A stretch of DNA of 64,000 bases from a virus (Duplodnaviria; Caudoviricetes), in IMG/VR virus record IMGVR_UViG_2684623128_000006, positions 19,411-83,410 of that record. The stretch is one strand, 5' to 3'. Under the pieces are notes generated by a model, which saw only the letters and a list, made by a program, of their open reading frames with translations, did not search any database and was not told the DNA's origin. The translations under genes and the position numbers were made by a program. Of this stretch, positions 48,394 to 58,007 are shown piece by piece. Position 1 is the first letter of the stretch; each line of letters begins with the position of its first letter.

Positions 48394-49002
48394 CTATTGG
48401 AAGTGGTTAGGAATCTGTGACTGATTAATCATCTGCTTAGGAGCGGCGGTAATAGTTACCGTGTTGTAAGCGAAATTCCCGTCTCGCGTCTTAGGTGCGT
48501 TAATGTCATAACTCACCTCGCTAATTCGCATAGGTAGATTGAGCGCTTTGCCAATCTTGAATCTCGCATCACTTGGAACACGGCCACCAAGGCCATCGGA
48601 ACTGACTGGAACAGTATTTTGCAGCTCGGGACTTATCATCTGAGCCAGGTATTTAATGGGATCATTAACCTCTAGTTTGGCATTGGTGAATGCGACAAAT
48701 TTAAGCGTTACGGTTATCTCTGGCGGTTCGTTGCCTTGCCAAACTTGCTGACTGTTCCATAGTGTTTTACTCGTCTTATCCGACACGGTTTGCGCGATTG
48801 AGGACGTTTTATCTAGGGCGCTAATGTTACCCACGGAATCGCCCTCAAACGGCGCTTCCCATATCGCTCTAAAGGCAAGCTGACACTCATCAGTCATGTA
48901 ACCAATGACCGTAATTTCTTGACCGCCTATGACTTGTGTAATGGCGCATTTATTGTGGATAGACACGCCATCATCATTAGGTACGCCGACAATTACAGCC
49001 AT
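48394..49002 (-). CDS. pmgG: baseplate/tube initiator PmgG
   Basis: WEAPF..WNSQQVWQG..MISPEL..GGRVP; syntenic. Confidence 0.75.
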   Translation of the reverse strand: MAVIVGVPNDDGVSIHNKCAITQVIGGQEITVIGYMTDECQLAFRAIWEAPFEGDSVGNISALDKTSSIAQTVSDKTSKTLWNSQQVWQGNEPPEITVTLKFVAFTNAKLEVNDPIKYLAQMISPELQNTVPVSSDGLGGRVPSDARFKIGKALNLPMRISEVSYDINAPKTRDGNFAYNTVTITAAPKQMINQSQIPNHFQ

Positions 49003-49011
49003 TGCTTATCC

Positions 49012-49680
49012 TTACTTGTCCATACCGCGAGAATCGCGCATGCGGTTAGCCTTTTTGCGAGCGGCTTTAGCCGATGAGCTGTGAGCTTTCGCGCGCGCTT
49101 TCTTAAGTGCTGCTTTTTGTGCTGCACTCATACGGCGCTTACGGCGATTCGTTTTGATATAAGTTACCTTGCCATCACGGATCACTTTCTTAAGCGCTTC
49201 AAGCATCATGGATTCACGAACGGCGAACTCTGCGATCGCTTCGTCTGAGTCCACGCTGTCTAGGCCACGCTCTAGAGATTCAAAAATGCGATCTGCTGCT
49301 TCTGGATCTTCCAGTGCTTCTAGCATGTCGCCCTCTTTCGGCTGGCCAACTTGAGCAATGAACTCGCTAGCCGCTTCCTGTAGCGATTCGTATAGTGCTG
49401 CTTGGCCATCGGTTAGCTCGGTATCGTCATCGCCACCAGCCATGCCAAATAGCATTGCGTCTAGGTTGTCGATTGAGCTTTCACCACCGTTAACCCACTG
49501 AACACAAGCCGCTGCTGCGTCTTGGCGAGCCATGATGGTTGATGCACGATTGATGGACTCAAGAAGTTGACCTTCTGTGACAGACTCAAAAAATGCAGTT
49601 TCAGTTTGTTCCTGCTCGGCCACTTGTGGCATCACAAATGGGCGAGCAAGAACAGAACCCTCAGAAAATATTGATTTCAT
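49012..49680 (-). CDS. P1 gp21-like protein (basic C-terminus)
   Basis: KKVIRDGK..RRMSAAQKAALKKARAKAH; MLE processing-like motifs. Confidence 0.75.
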   Translation of the reverse strand: MKSIFSEGSVLARPFVMPQVAEQEQTETAFFESVTEGQLLESINRASTIMARQDAAAACVQWVNGGESSIDNLDAMLFGMAGGDDDTELTDGQAALYESLQEAASEFIAQVGQPKEGDMLEALEDPEAADRIFESLERGLDSVDSDEAIAEFAVRESMMLEALKKVIRDGKVTYIKTNRRKRRMSAAQKAALKKARAKAHSSSAKAARKKANRMRDSRGMDK

Positions 49681-49702
49681 TCTATTTTTGCTCTTAGTTT
49701 GA

Positions 49703-51277
49703 TTAACGGATTAGTACAGGTTCACCAAGGATTCGACGCGCAGAGCCAGTTGGACAGAACGACCAAGTGACTTTCCAGTAATCGATTTCCACTTGCTTAA
49801 CTTCCAACGTCCAAGCGTTCTCGCCGTTTTGTGCTGGATTACGAGGTGTCACTAGCGCACCAACGGCTTCATAGCCTTCAAGGATGCTGGCCATACCATC
49901 AGTTAGACCCTCAAACGTTGCACCGTCAGGTTGGTGTTTTAGGCGATTACCTAGTGCGTAGAAGTCGCGTGAGATAGCGTCAGCAATAGATACGACTTGC
50001 TCAAAACGTAGGTAGTTTTCAGCCGCAGATGACGTTAGAGAGTCATCAATGAACAGGTTGCCGTTTTCGTCTGTGCCTAGTTTGTTTAGACGTGCCTTGT
50101 ACATTTCTTCGTAGTTAGGCTCGCCAGCACCTTGAATTGGTTTTAGGCCAGTACGTTGGATAACAGCACGTTCAACACCTGCTGGTGTGTAGTGCCAACC
50201 GCCGACCGGAGAGGTTTTAGCAACGCCAAGCGCTTTAGCTGCAAAGCCGATACCCGAGCCGCCCCATACCGCCATGTTGCCGTAGAAACGACACTTAGCT
50301 TGGTAAGGGATATGCACGAATGAAGCGCGATGGTTGTTGAAGTTCAGACCTTTTTTGAACTCCAATGCCGCTTCGTGTGTTAGGCGAGGATCAACATCGA
50401 AGTAGCCAGAAATGCGTTTGTCTTTACAGATTTGCGCAAGGTCAGTGATTACCGCAGTGTCGTAGCAGCCCAAACCACAAACGTAGTTAAAGCTGTAAAC
50501 GGTAGTGCGTAGTGCTTTCACTGCTTTCTGGTAATCGTCAGCCGTAACGTCGCTAATATTGCCGTTGGTCGCGCCAGTGAATTTGGTTTTCGCAATTGCA
50601 GTAACTTCGCGTTTCGCTACTTCTGCATCGATGCGACAAGTTAGGTACTGCGAACGTTCTTCAAGAACAGTCTCGATAAACGCAGCGCTACCCATTTGGT
50701 CTACTGCTGTAGGCTCTAGGGATACAACCCATTCTTCTAGCACTACAGAGCCACCAGCCGCCTGTTCTTCCTCTAAGGTAAGAGTGAACATGCCAGCGCC
50801 GTAAGTCGCTTCGTCTGCTTTCGCAAGCGTGATAGAGCGGTTATCGGATTGCGCACCGTCTTTGATAGCGATCGCTAAAAATTCGCCATCTTCAAGTGAC
50901 AGGTCAGCCGAGTAGTTGATCGCTTCGTTAGTGATCGTCACTTCGCCTGCTGGTTTGGTTAGCTTGATAGCTGGATAGGTTGCCGTTTTTGGTACGACAC
51001 GAACCACAAGGCCATTACCGCCGCGCAAGGCTTCATCAAGAACGCGCATGCCGTCAGCCAATTTGCCAAGGCTTGAGTGGTAAGGCTTACCTAGCTTGTC
51101 TAGGAAGTTAGCCGCCGTTACCGGAATCACTTCGAACGGCTTACCTTTTTGAGACACAATCACACCGCCAAACACTAGCTGGTTAGAGCCAGAGCCTTGC
51201 TTAGTTGTCGAGTCAGCGTTAATTGGCGAAACCGCAACTTGTGAGACGTTATCCATTGAAAATTCAATCTTACTCAT
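49703..51277 (-). CDS. tail sheath protein (P1 gp22-like)
   Basis: 524 aa, VVRVVP, C-terminal CPTGSARRI sheath motif. Confidence 0.88.
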   Translation of the reverse strand: MSKIEFSMDNVSQVAVSPINADSTTKQGSGSNQLVFGGVIVSQKGKPFEVIPVTAANFLDKLGKPYHSSLGKLADGMRVLDEALRGGNGLVVRVVPKTATYPAIKLTKPAGEVTITNEAINYSADLSLEDGEFLAIAIKDGAQSDNRSITLAKADEATYGAGMFTLTLEEEQAAGGSVVLEEWVVSLEPTAVDQMGSAAFIETVLEERSQYLTCRIDAEVAKREVTAIAKTKFTGATNGNISDVTADDYQKAVKALRTTVYSFNYVCGLGCYDTAVITDLAQICKDKRISGYFDVDPRLTHEAALEFKKGLNFNNHRASFVHIPYQAKCRFYGNMAVWGGSGIGFAAKALGVAKTSPVGGWHYTPAGVERAVIQRTGLKPIQGAGEPNYEEMYKARLNKLGTDENGNLFIDDSLTSSAAENYLRFEQVVSIADAISRDFYALGNRLKHQPDGATFEGLTDGMASILEGYEAVGALVTPRNPAQNGENAWTLEVKQVEIDYWKVTWSFCPTGSARRILGEPVLIR

Positions 51278-51701
51278 CTTCTGTCTCTTTCAGCGTTAGA
51301 TCCTGTGCTGCAAGCTGGTCTACAATTTCTTGCAAACCCGCTTGAGCAATACCTTTCACCGCAATCACGTTGTCTTTCGTCATTTCGGTTAGTTGCTCAA
51401 CCGTTGTCACACCGTGGTTAATCAGTGCTTTTTCAACGCTCGCGCTTAGCTCAAGTGCTGATAGCGCTGTGCCTTTGTCGCTGGTGGCTGTGTCTGGTTT
51501 CGTTTGAACTTCTGGTAAAACCGTTGGCTCAAGGCGAACCGAAACGAGGCCGTTTGGATAGGCCGATTCCACTTCGTGTTTGAAGCGGTTCACGTTGAAA
51601 ACTGAGAGAGGGAAATCTTTGGCCAGTGGCGGCATAACGCGACCCTGAACCGTGATTTCCTTTGGTGTGTGGTTGGTGATTAAAACGATCGTTTCTTTCA
51701 T
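51270..51701 (-). CDS. protein with a C-terminal RNA polymerase alpha-CTD-like (HhH) domain
   Basis: LSALELSASVEKALINHGVTTVEQL..VKGIAQAGLQEI pattern. Confidence 0.7.
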   Translation of the reverse strand: MKETIVLITNHTPKEITVQGRVMPPLAKDFPLSVFNVNRFKHEVESAYPNGLVSVRLEPTVLPEVQTKPDTATSDKGTALSALELSASVEKALINHGVTTVEQLTEMTKDNVIAVKGIAQAGLQEIVDQLAAQDLTLKETEDE

Positions 51702-51713
51702 CGAATCCCCCAA

Positions 51714-51740
51714 GAGCGGCAGCCCGTAAGACTGCCGCTT
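51714..51740 (-). terminator. hairpin after the capsid gene
   Basis: AGCGGCAG/CTGCCGCT stem; weak U tail. Confidence 0.5.
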
Positions 51741-51747
51741 ACTTGCC

Positions 51748-53397
51748 TTATGCCGCTGCTGCTACAGGAGCTTCATCGATAAGTTTCACGCGGTAGAAGT
51801 AGTCTTCTCCGTCGAATGGATGGATTTCGCCGTAGGCCAGTTCGTATAGCGTGTTAGACGCTACTAGACCTTTACCGATTGGATGCGTGTACATGGTTGC
51901 TGCGATTGCATCACCTGCTACGTAGCCCGCTTCTGAGTGAGAAGAACCGCGACCGTAACAAAGCATGTCGTTCGTACCGATCACTACCGGACACTCGAAC
52001 ACTTTCCACATGCCGAACAACTTACCTGCGTAGTGGATAGCGTTTTTCTGTTGATAGTTAGCCGGAGCTACGAAATATGGAGCACCTAGTGACTTAAGGA
52101 TTGTTGACGCGCCAGTACCAGCAAAGATACCTGTCATGCCAGTTGTGCGAGTCGCTTGTAGGATCTTCGTAGAAACGTTTAGAAGAACTTCGTTTAGACG
52201 TTCACGATGTAGACGCCAATCTTCACCAGCCGATACGTAGATATTGAATGTTTCTTCGCGCGTACAAGCAAAGTCCATATCTACTAGGTGGCGAGTCGCT
52301 TTTTCCGATGCCAATGTGTTGCGCATGTGGCTCATCTGTAGAGATTTCAGATCTTGGCCAAACTCGCGTTGCATTGTGAACATCGCTTGAATAGTCGCGT
52401 CTGCTGCGATTGCGTTTTGACGTGGGCGCAGTGTGCGAGAGTCCATGTCGTGATCGATAGTTGGGATCAGGTCAGGGCGTCTTTCAATGTCTACTTCGAA
52501 CTCGATGTGCAGAATCGTCCCTGCTGGTAGGGCTGATGTTGGAGTGACGGTAACTTTGCCTTTTGCATGGTCTATCTGACAGTTAATAACCATACCATTG
52601 TGAGTACCTGTCATTATTTGACTACCGTTGCTGTCTAGGTCGCGAGCCACTCGTTTATGGTTAATAAATAGGGAAACAGATGTCTTCGTGAATGGGATTT
52701 CAAACTTGGTGTGTTGTAGGTCAGTCTTAGAGTCAAAGACGTGAGTTGTCTTAGTGCCGTCTGGTTGCTGTTCAGAGACAAACTTGTAGCGCTGACGCAT
52801 AGACGAGTATTGGCCAACCGTTGCTTGGTCGATTTCAGTACCCGCTGCGAAGTCACCAAAATTTGAGCCAGTGCGGCGGTAAACTTTGAAGATCTCAACT
52901 TCGTTCGCACCCGCTGGGATCATGGTTACAGCGTCAAGTGTTGCTGTCTCAAGAAGAACAGGAAGCACTAGGCCAACCATCTTCGCACGAATTTCAACAC
53001 CCTCAGATGTTGATAGAGATTGACCGATAGACTCAAGCATCATTGCGCCTGTTGAGCCATCACGCTTAGCACCCTCTAGCGTCATCATGTTACGCATAGT
53101 TGCGTGAGCTGATGCCATTAGTTCATCACTAGGTAGGTGGCCGTAAGTCTTTTCGTATTCACGCACCGCAGACTGCATGCCTGATACGATGCTAACCGCT
53201 GTTTCTTGAGACACTGACTCGAACATAGGCTCATTCGCAATGGCTGACAAAATAGCCGCGCCACGAGAATTGTCGTCAGTTAGAAACATGCCTGTTTGTG
53301 AATCGAATTGGGATTCGATGCACAGATTACGCATTGCTTGAGCGCCTAAATGAATCGCCTCAATGCGTTTGTTGAAGTTAGAACGTTTATCTGCCAT
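51748..53397 (-). CDS. major capsid protein (P1 gp23-like)
   Basis: 549 aa, MMLES processing site, QREFG, YVAGDAI; biased codon usage. Confidence 0.9.
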   Translation of the reverse strand: MADKRSNFNKRIEAIHLGAQAMRNLCIESQFDSQTGMFLTDDNSRGAAILSAIANEPMFESVSQETAVSIVSGMQSAVREYEKTYGHLPSDELMASAHATMRNMMTLEGAKRDGSTGAMMLESIGQSLSTSEGVEIRAKMVGLVLPVLLETATLDAVTMIPAGANEVEIFKVYRRTGSNFGDFAAGTEIDQATVGQYSSMRQRYKFVSEQQPDGTKTTHVFDSKTDLQHTKFEIPFTKTSVSLFINHKRVARDLDSNGSQIMTGTHNGMVINCQIDHAKGKVTVTPTSALPAGTILHIEFEVDIERRPDLIPTIDHDMDSRTLRPRQNAIAADATIQAMFTMQREFGQDLKSLQMSHMRNTLASEKATRHLVDMDFACTREETFNIYVSAGEDWRLHRERLNEVLLNVSTKILQATRTTGMTGIFAGTGASTILKSLGAPYFVAPANYQQKNAIHYAGKLFGMWKVFECPVVIGTNDMLCYGRGSSHSEAGYVAGDAIAATMYTHPIGKGLVASNTLYELAYGEIHPFDGEDYFYRVKLIDEAPVAAAA

Positions 53398-53679
53398 GTA
53401 AATAAACCTTAATTATTAATTGATTGTGTTCGGAATGGTTAAGCCGGAGAAAAGCGGTAAAAATTCGCTCAATTTCGGATAGTAATTAAGATTTATTGCG
53501 AAAAAAACAGGGGTAAAAGTTCGTTTAATTTATTGTTATATAATGAATTTATTTCTTTTTGTGCGCTTTTGTGGGAATGGTAACGACAGGGGATTTCTAT
53601 GTCGTTGATCGTGTGTTTTTGTTGAGAGAAAAGGGGATAGGAAAGGGCATCTAAAAAAAATTTAAAAAATTTTCAGTTG

Positions 53680-54027
53680 TTATAGGGTTCCTGCCAAAAA
53701 GCCGAACACGTTGCTTAGTAGCTCTTGTGTGTCAGTCTCTAAGCTTGGAAGCTCAACCCCATAGAAAACGGCCAAAAAGTCACGAACAATGAGTTGATAA
53801 ACGACCACCAGCGCGATGCTCCACATCATAGCGGCGCGTCCAGTACGTACCAATGTGTTAGAGCTGGCCGCTTCAAGCTCTGCCAGTTTGTAGGCAAACT
53901 CTTTGCGTTCTTCGTCACTGGTAAACACACGATCACCAAACTCGGTCAGTTCGTGGATAATGCCACCTACTTTCTCGCTGGTGGCGCTCTTAAATAGACT
54001 ACTTGTAAACACTTTTGCTAGTCCCAT
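53680..54027 (-). CDS. holin (3TM/GTA-holin-like)
   Basis: [14 protein letters not shown] plus TM segments; directly downstream of the amidase. Confidence 0.65.
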   Translation of the reverse strand: MGLAKVFTSSLFKSATSEKVGGIIHELTEFGDRVFTSDEERKEFAYKLAELEAASSNTLVRTGRAAMMWSIALVVVYQLIVRDFLAVFYGVELPSLETDTQELLSNVFGFLAGTL

Positions 54028-54029
54028 CA

Positions 54030-54581
54030 TTAGTTGCTCTCTTTAATGTGTTCTGCGAACGCTTCTGCCAGTGCTACGGCTAGCTTTTCGCGCAGTTCCA
54101 ATCCCTTTTGTAACGACTCGTCGTTAGACAAAAAGAACGGCTCCAAAATCACGGCTGGCATTTTGGTTTTCATCAAGAAACGCCAACCGCGAGTATCAGT
54201 ACCAGTGTTCGAGATAGGCTTAAGGCCACGATCACGCTGTCCGATAAGCCCAGCCACCGCTTTTTGTAGGCGCTGAGCAAGTGCTTGACTCTTGTCCGAC
54301 TTATGCCAATGCAATGTCTCTGAACCTTGAACTGACTTATTGGCCACGCTGTTACAATGTAACTCGATGGCATAGTCAGCGCCCGATTCGTTCACATCAC
54401 CGATCATCCGTGAGTAGGTGTCTCGATACATGATCACTGGAAGAATGTCTCGCTTATGTAGCTCGGCGGCCAATAAGCTGGCTAGGGGATGATTATAGTC
54501 ATACTCATTCATTCCGAATGTTTTGTTGTAAGCGCCGCCATCTTTAAAACTATGTCCAACAACAATACAGACTTTTTTCAT
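54030..54581 (-). CDS. endolysin, N-acetylmuramoyl-L-alanine amidase (Amidase_3)
   Basis: [22 protein letters not shown] Zn/catalytic motifs. Confidence 0.9.
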   Translation of the reverse strand: MKKVCIVVGHSFKDGGAYNKTFGMNEYDYNHPLASLLAAELHKRDILPVIMYRDTYSRMIGDVNESGADYAIELHCNSVANKSVQGSETLHWHKSDKSQALAQRLQKAVAGLIGQRDRGLKPISNTGTDTRGWRFLMKTKMPAVILEPFFLSNDESLQKGLELREKLAVALAEAFAEHIKESN

Positions 54582-54625
54582 TTTATAAATTCCAAAACTT
54601 ATCTTAACTAATATGTACTTAGGTG

Positions 54626-54768
54626 TTGACTATGTTCGGAATAAGAAATATATTTTCTTTACCAGATCGGCATCCCAATCGACTGGTGTCAACTAACGTT
54701 GAAACTTCATTTTTAACCTTTGTAATAGCTTCTTGCGCCGCGAACACTTACCTCGCGGCTTTTTTTTG
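54626..54768 (+). ncRNA. candidate ~105-nt small RNA with an operator-controlled promoter
   Basis: TTGACT-17-TATATT (54626-54654) with the operator in the spacer; terminator GCCGCGA..TCGCGGC plus T8. Confidence 0.5.
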
Positions 54769-54814
54769 CCTGCAATTTAGAAAAAAACCAGCGCGAACGC
54801 TGGCTTTGCTTGGA

Positions 54815-55156
54815 TTATGGTCGGTTTTGAACGGGCTCTATCTTGTTTGATTTGAAGTAATCAAAAACAGGATTAACTCGATAGGGTTCTACGTGGAAGC
54901 TGGCCATCACCTGATCTTTACGCATCAAGTAAAACTGATTTCCGCTGTATCGCACCGCATCAAATATCACGTTCATTCTGCACCCATCGTACATGTATTC
55001 TCCCTCAACACTGAGGCTTTTGCGTATCACAAAGGATAGTCGTGCCTTGGTGGATTTAAGCTTGTTTCGAGCTCTAAATAGGTTAATTGCTAGTACGATG
55101 ATAAGCGACATTAATCCGCATAGTTCATATGCGTTTAAATAAACTGAATAACTCAT
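54815..55156 (-). CDS. hypothetical membrane-anchored protein
   Basis: N-terminal TM segment, 113 aa, followed by a terminator at 54781-54806. Confidence 0.65.
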   Translation of the reverse strand: MSYSVYLNAYELCGLMSLIIVLAINLFRARNKLKSTKARLSFVIRKSLSVEGEYMYDGCRMNVIFDAVRYSGNQFYLMRKDQVMASFHVEPYRVNPVFDYFKSNKIEPVQNRP

Positions 55157-55206
55157 TTTGTCTTTTTTCTAGTGCGAATAGGAAAGGGATTAGAAACAAA
55201 AACATT

Positions 55207-55962
55207 CTACAGTCTAAATACCTCTGCTGTCGCGTCTTTGATGCTCTTTTTTTTCGTCTGGTTGCTACAAATGGTAAATGAAATCGCCTTAGTGAAGTAG
55301 CCTAACGCTAAGGTGCGTTCCTCTTTCGACGCAATGATCATTGCGTCAATCACCGTGCTTGAGCTGGTCACGCCACCAGCAAGGGGAGCCATGATCTCGT
55401 TTAGCGCATTCGCTTGGCTTTCTAGTTCCGGCGGCAAGTCTGGTGGCGGTAAGGTTGCACCGTTATCTGACTCACTACCGCTTGTTGGTGGCGTTAATGC
55501 AGTATTGATTTGCGCCATAAGAAATACGGCTGCATCCACATGGCCGGAAAGACCATTGATCACTGCCTCAAGCGCTTTCAGTTCTTCCTTGCTGGTAATT
55601 GGCAAGATACTCGGAGCGGGTACGTTGTCCTCTGTACCATCAACCTTGTGTTTGATGTTCACACCAATAGACACTTGTTCGAGGTCGGTTGGATCGGTGG
55701 TCAACACTAGGTGCTCATTCCATTGCGTTAACGTGGCCACCGTTGCGCTCACTGAGTCATTCAAACCCTTAAGCGTTACCACTAACTGCGATGCGCCTTG
55801 GTAGTCCTCAATATCCTCGCTCACGCAGCCTGATAGCTTCCCTGACAAACTTTCACACTTCACCTTAAGGGATTTGCCTCGGGTAAGGTTCTCCGCTTCC
55901 TTAAGGCCGCCTACGTCTAAAAACTGGCGAAACTGTTCGATTTGTTCTTGTGTGTCTAACAT
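55207..55962 (-). CDS. hypothetical virion-associated protein
   Basis: 251 aa, follows the PAAR gene. Confidence 0.75.
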   Translation of the reverse strand: MLDTQEQIEQFRQFLDVGGLKEAENLTRGKSLKVKCESLSGKLSGCVSEDIEDYQGASQLVVTLKGLNDSVSATVATLTQWNEHLVLTTDPTDLEQVSIGVNIKHKVDGTEDNVPAPSILPITSKEELKALEAVINGLSGHVDAAVFLMAQINTALTPPTSGSESDNGATLPPPDLPPELESQANALNEIMAPLAGGVTSSSTVIDAMIIASKEERTLALGYFTKAISFTICSNQTKKKSIKDATAEVFRL

Positions 55963-55971
55963 CAAATTGCC

Positions 55972-56256
55972 TCAATCAATCGTCATCAAGTCGTTACCGT
56001 TTACCAGCGTAGCGCCACACCCAAGGGCATCGCCTACCACGGCGACCGGAACGCCATTAACAGTAAGTTTTGAACTACCAGTAATAACGCTTACGTGCGG
56101 CGGGTTATCTGGTTTTACGTGCATGACGGATATATCACCCGTACCTAATACATTGATTCCATTCACGGTCAGTAGTGGCTGGCCAGAAACAAAAACACCT
56201 GGACTAAAGCCACCATGACCACTATCCACACTCCCTACAATTCCTACGGCTGGCAT
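55972..56256 (-). CDS. PAAR spike-tip protein
   Basis: DSGHGGF..VNG..H..H..GSS..VNGVPVA.VGDAL.CG. Confidence 0.9.
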   Translation of the reverse strand: MPAVGIVGSVDSGHGGFSPGVFVSGQPLLTVNGINVLGTGDISVMHVKPDNPPHVSVITGSSKLTVNGVPVAVVGDALGCGATLVNGNDLMTID

Positions 56257-56262
56257 AGTGCA

Positions 56263-57033
56263 TTACCCTAATGTAAATGGAGCTGCGGCAGCCTTAACAG
56301 CGAACTGGCCACCAGCATCGATATTGACGTTACCACTCGCTTTAATGGTCACTTCATTGCCCTCTAGGTTGGCTTTACCGGAAGCTTTTACGGTTGCATT
56401 ACCACCCGCTTCGATGTTCGCATCGCCTTTCACTTTGATAGTTAGTGCGCCTCCGATTTGCTCCAATGTGTTCCCTGTTGAGCTGCGAAACGCATTGCCC
56501 TCGACGTGAATAACACATTGGCCATCTGGTGTGATTTCAATGGCCGTGCCGCTTTGGGTATGCGTTACTGAGTAGCCGCCTTGATGCGTGATGAGCTCGC
56601 GCAAACCAAATCGCACAAAGAGCGCATCTTTGCGGTCATAGGCTGGTGGCTCGGGTTCACCCTCGGCTCGTTTAGGCTGATAGGCTTCTCCGTTCACCTC
56701 GCTTGGTAGGTACGACTCATAGTTAGGCGCGTAGTAAAGCGATCCGGTAATACGGGGATAACGGGTATCGCCATTACGAGGAAAATCCACCCAAACCAGA
56801 TCCCCTTTTTCCACTGGCACTGCATGGCCACCACTCGGTTTTGCGCCCAATGGCAGTAGAAACTCGGCAAAAGGTAAATCCTTATCGGGAATTGCATCCC
56901 AATAACCAAGCAAGCGAACGGATACCATGTACAAGCCTTTCGGATGGACGGTATTTACCACCTCGGCCTGATAGCTACCAAACAAGCGGTTAGTGACGTT
57001 GGTGCGTGTTCTGTTCTCTGACGAATCGCTCAT
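56263..57033 (-). CDS. baseplate central spike (gp5/gpV-like)
   Basis: OB-fold VWVDFPRNGD..YPRI and C-terminal beta-helix repeats; ATGA overlap with gp6. Confidence 0.85.
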   Translation of the reverse strand: MSDSSENRTRTNVTNRLFGSYQAEVVNTVHPKGLYMVSVRLLGYWDAIPDKDLPFAEFLLPLGAKPSGGHAVPVEKGDLVWVDFPRNGDTRYPRITGSLYYAPNYESYLPSEVNGEAYQPKRAEGEPEPPAYDRKDALFVRFGLRELITHQGGYSVTHTQSGTAIEITPDGQCVIHVEGNAFRSSTGNTLEQIGGALTIKVKGDANIEAGGNATVKASGKANLEGNEVTIKASGNVNIDAGGQFAVKAAAAPFTLG

Positions 57034-58007
57034 AGGTTTCTGACTCCCAACTCGATACGACACTGATACCGGTTCCCACGTTGGCAATGGGCGACACGGT
57101 TCATGATTTGTTTCTCTGGCATGGACTCATCCAGCTCGGTAGCGGGTAGCCGTTTATGGAATAGCACTGAGCACACCGAAAGAGGCGTAAAGGCAGTATT
57201 TCCGGTAAGTTCCACATCCAAAATAGGGATGATGGCCATGTGTTGATTATTCAGCGCCTTGGCTTGTGGAACGCTAACCATAACCATAGCGCCCGAACGT
57301 TTACCGTCTTGGAAGCCCTCGACGGTATCCCAAGAGGCATAGTTACGGTTAAGAACGCGCTCAAACAGGGCTTCCTCTCCGATAATGGAGTAGTTTGCAA
57401 TGCTGTGCTCTGCTTCCTCTGGATTCGACTGTTCCAGCTTGAATTGCTCGCTCATATCCATGTTCTTGAGCGACTTAAAGTGCATAACACCACGGCAGAT
57501 AAACGCCACTGAGCCGTAATCTCTGGCCATTGTTCGAATTAAGCGAGACTTAGTACCACCAGCATTTAAATGGTACGTAGCGCCACGCTCAAAGCTGTCA
57601 CATTCGATTTTTAGCTCGGGTAACAGCTCGGCCAGAATGTCTTTAGGCTGCATTTCAACAAAGAATCGAGGCGTTGTGACTGGCTCTTTAAGTAGGTGCG
57701 CATCCTTTTGGAATGCTTGAACGGTAAGCATACCGTCAGCGCTGGTGGACTTGGCCACAATGAATTTTTCAATCCAAACCTGATCGCCTCGCTCGTTCAC
57801 ATCGGCCATCGTGACCTCGATCTCTGAACCGCGCTTAATCCCGTAGTCATCCCGATAAACGGCAGCCTGATCCATGATTTCCATAACCAGCTTGTTGCCG
57901 TCCATCGAAGCACACTCAATGTAGGTAAACGAATGAATGTGCTCGATAGGGATGTCATTTTCGTTGGTGACAACTTTTTGGGCGAGAAAGTATTCTTTAT
58001 TACTCAA
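57030..58007 (-). CDS. baseplate hub protein (P1 gp6-like)
   Basis: YIECASMDGNKL..; TTG start coupled to the gp24 stop. Confidence 0.75.
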   Translation of the reverse strand: MSNKEYFLAQKVVTNENDIPIEHIHSFTYIECASMDGNKLVMEIMDQAAVYRDDYGIKRGSEIEVTMADVNERGDQVWIEKFIVAKSTSADGMLTVQAFQKDAHLLKEPVTTPRFFVEMQPKDILAELLPELKIECDSFERGATYHLNAGGTKSRLIRTMARDYGSVAFICRGVMHFKSLKNMDMSEQFKLEQSNPEEAEHSIANYSIIGEEALFERVLNRNYASWDTVEGFQDGKRSGAMVMVSVPQAKALNNQHMAIIPILDVELTGNTAFTPLSVCSVLFHKRLPATELDESMPEKQIMNRVAHCQRGNRYQCRIELGVRNL

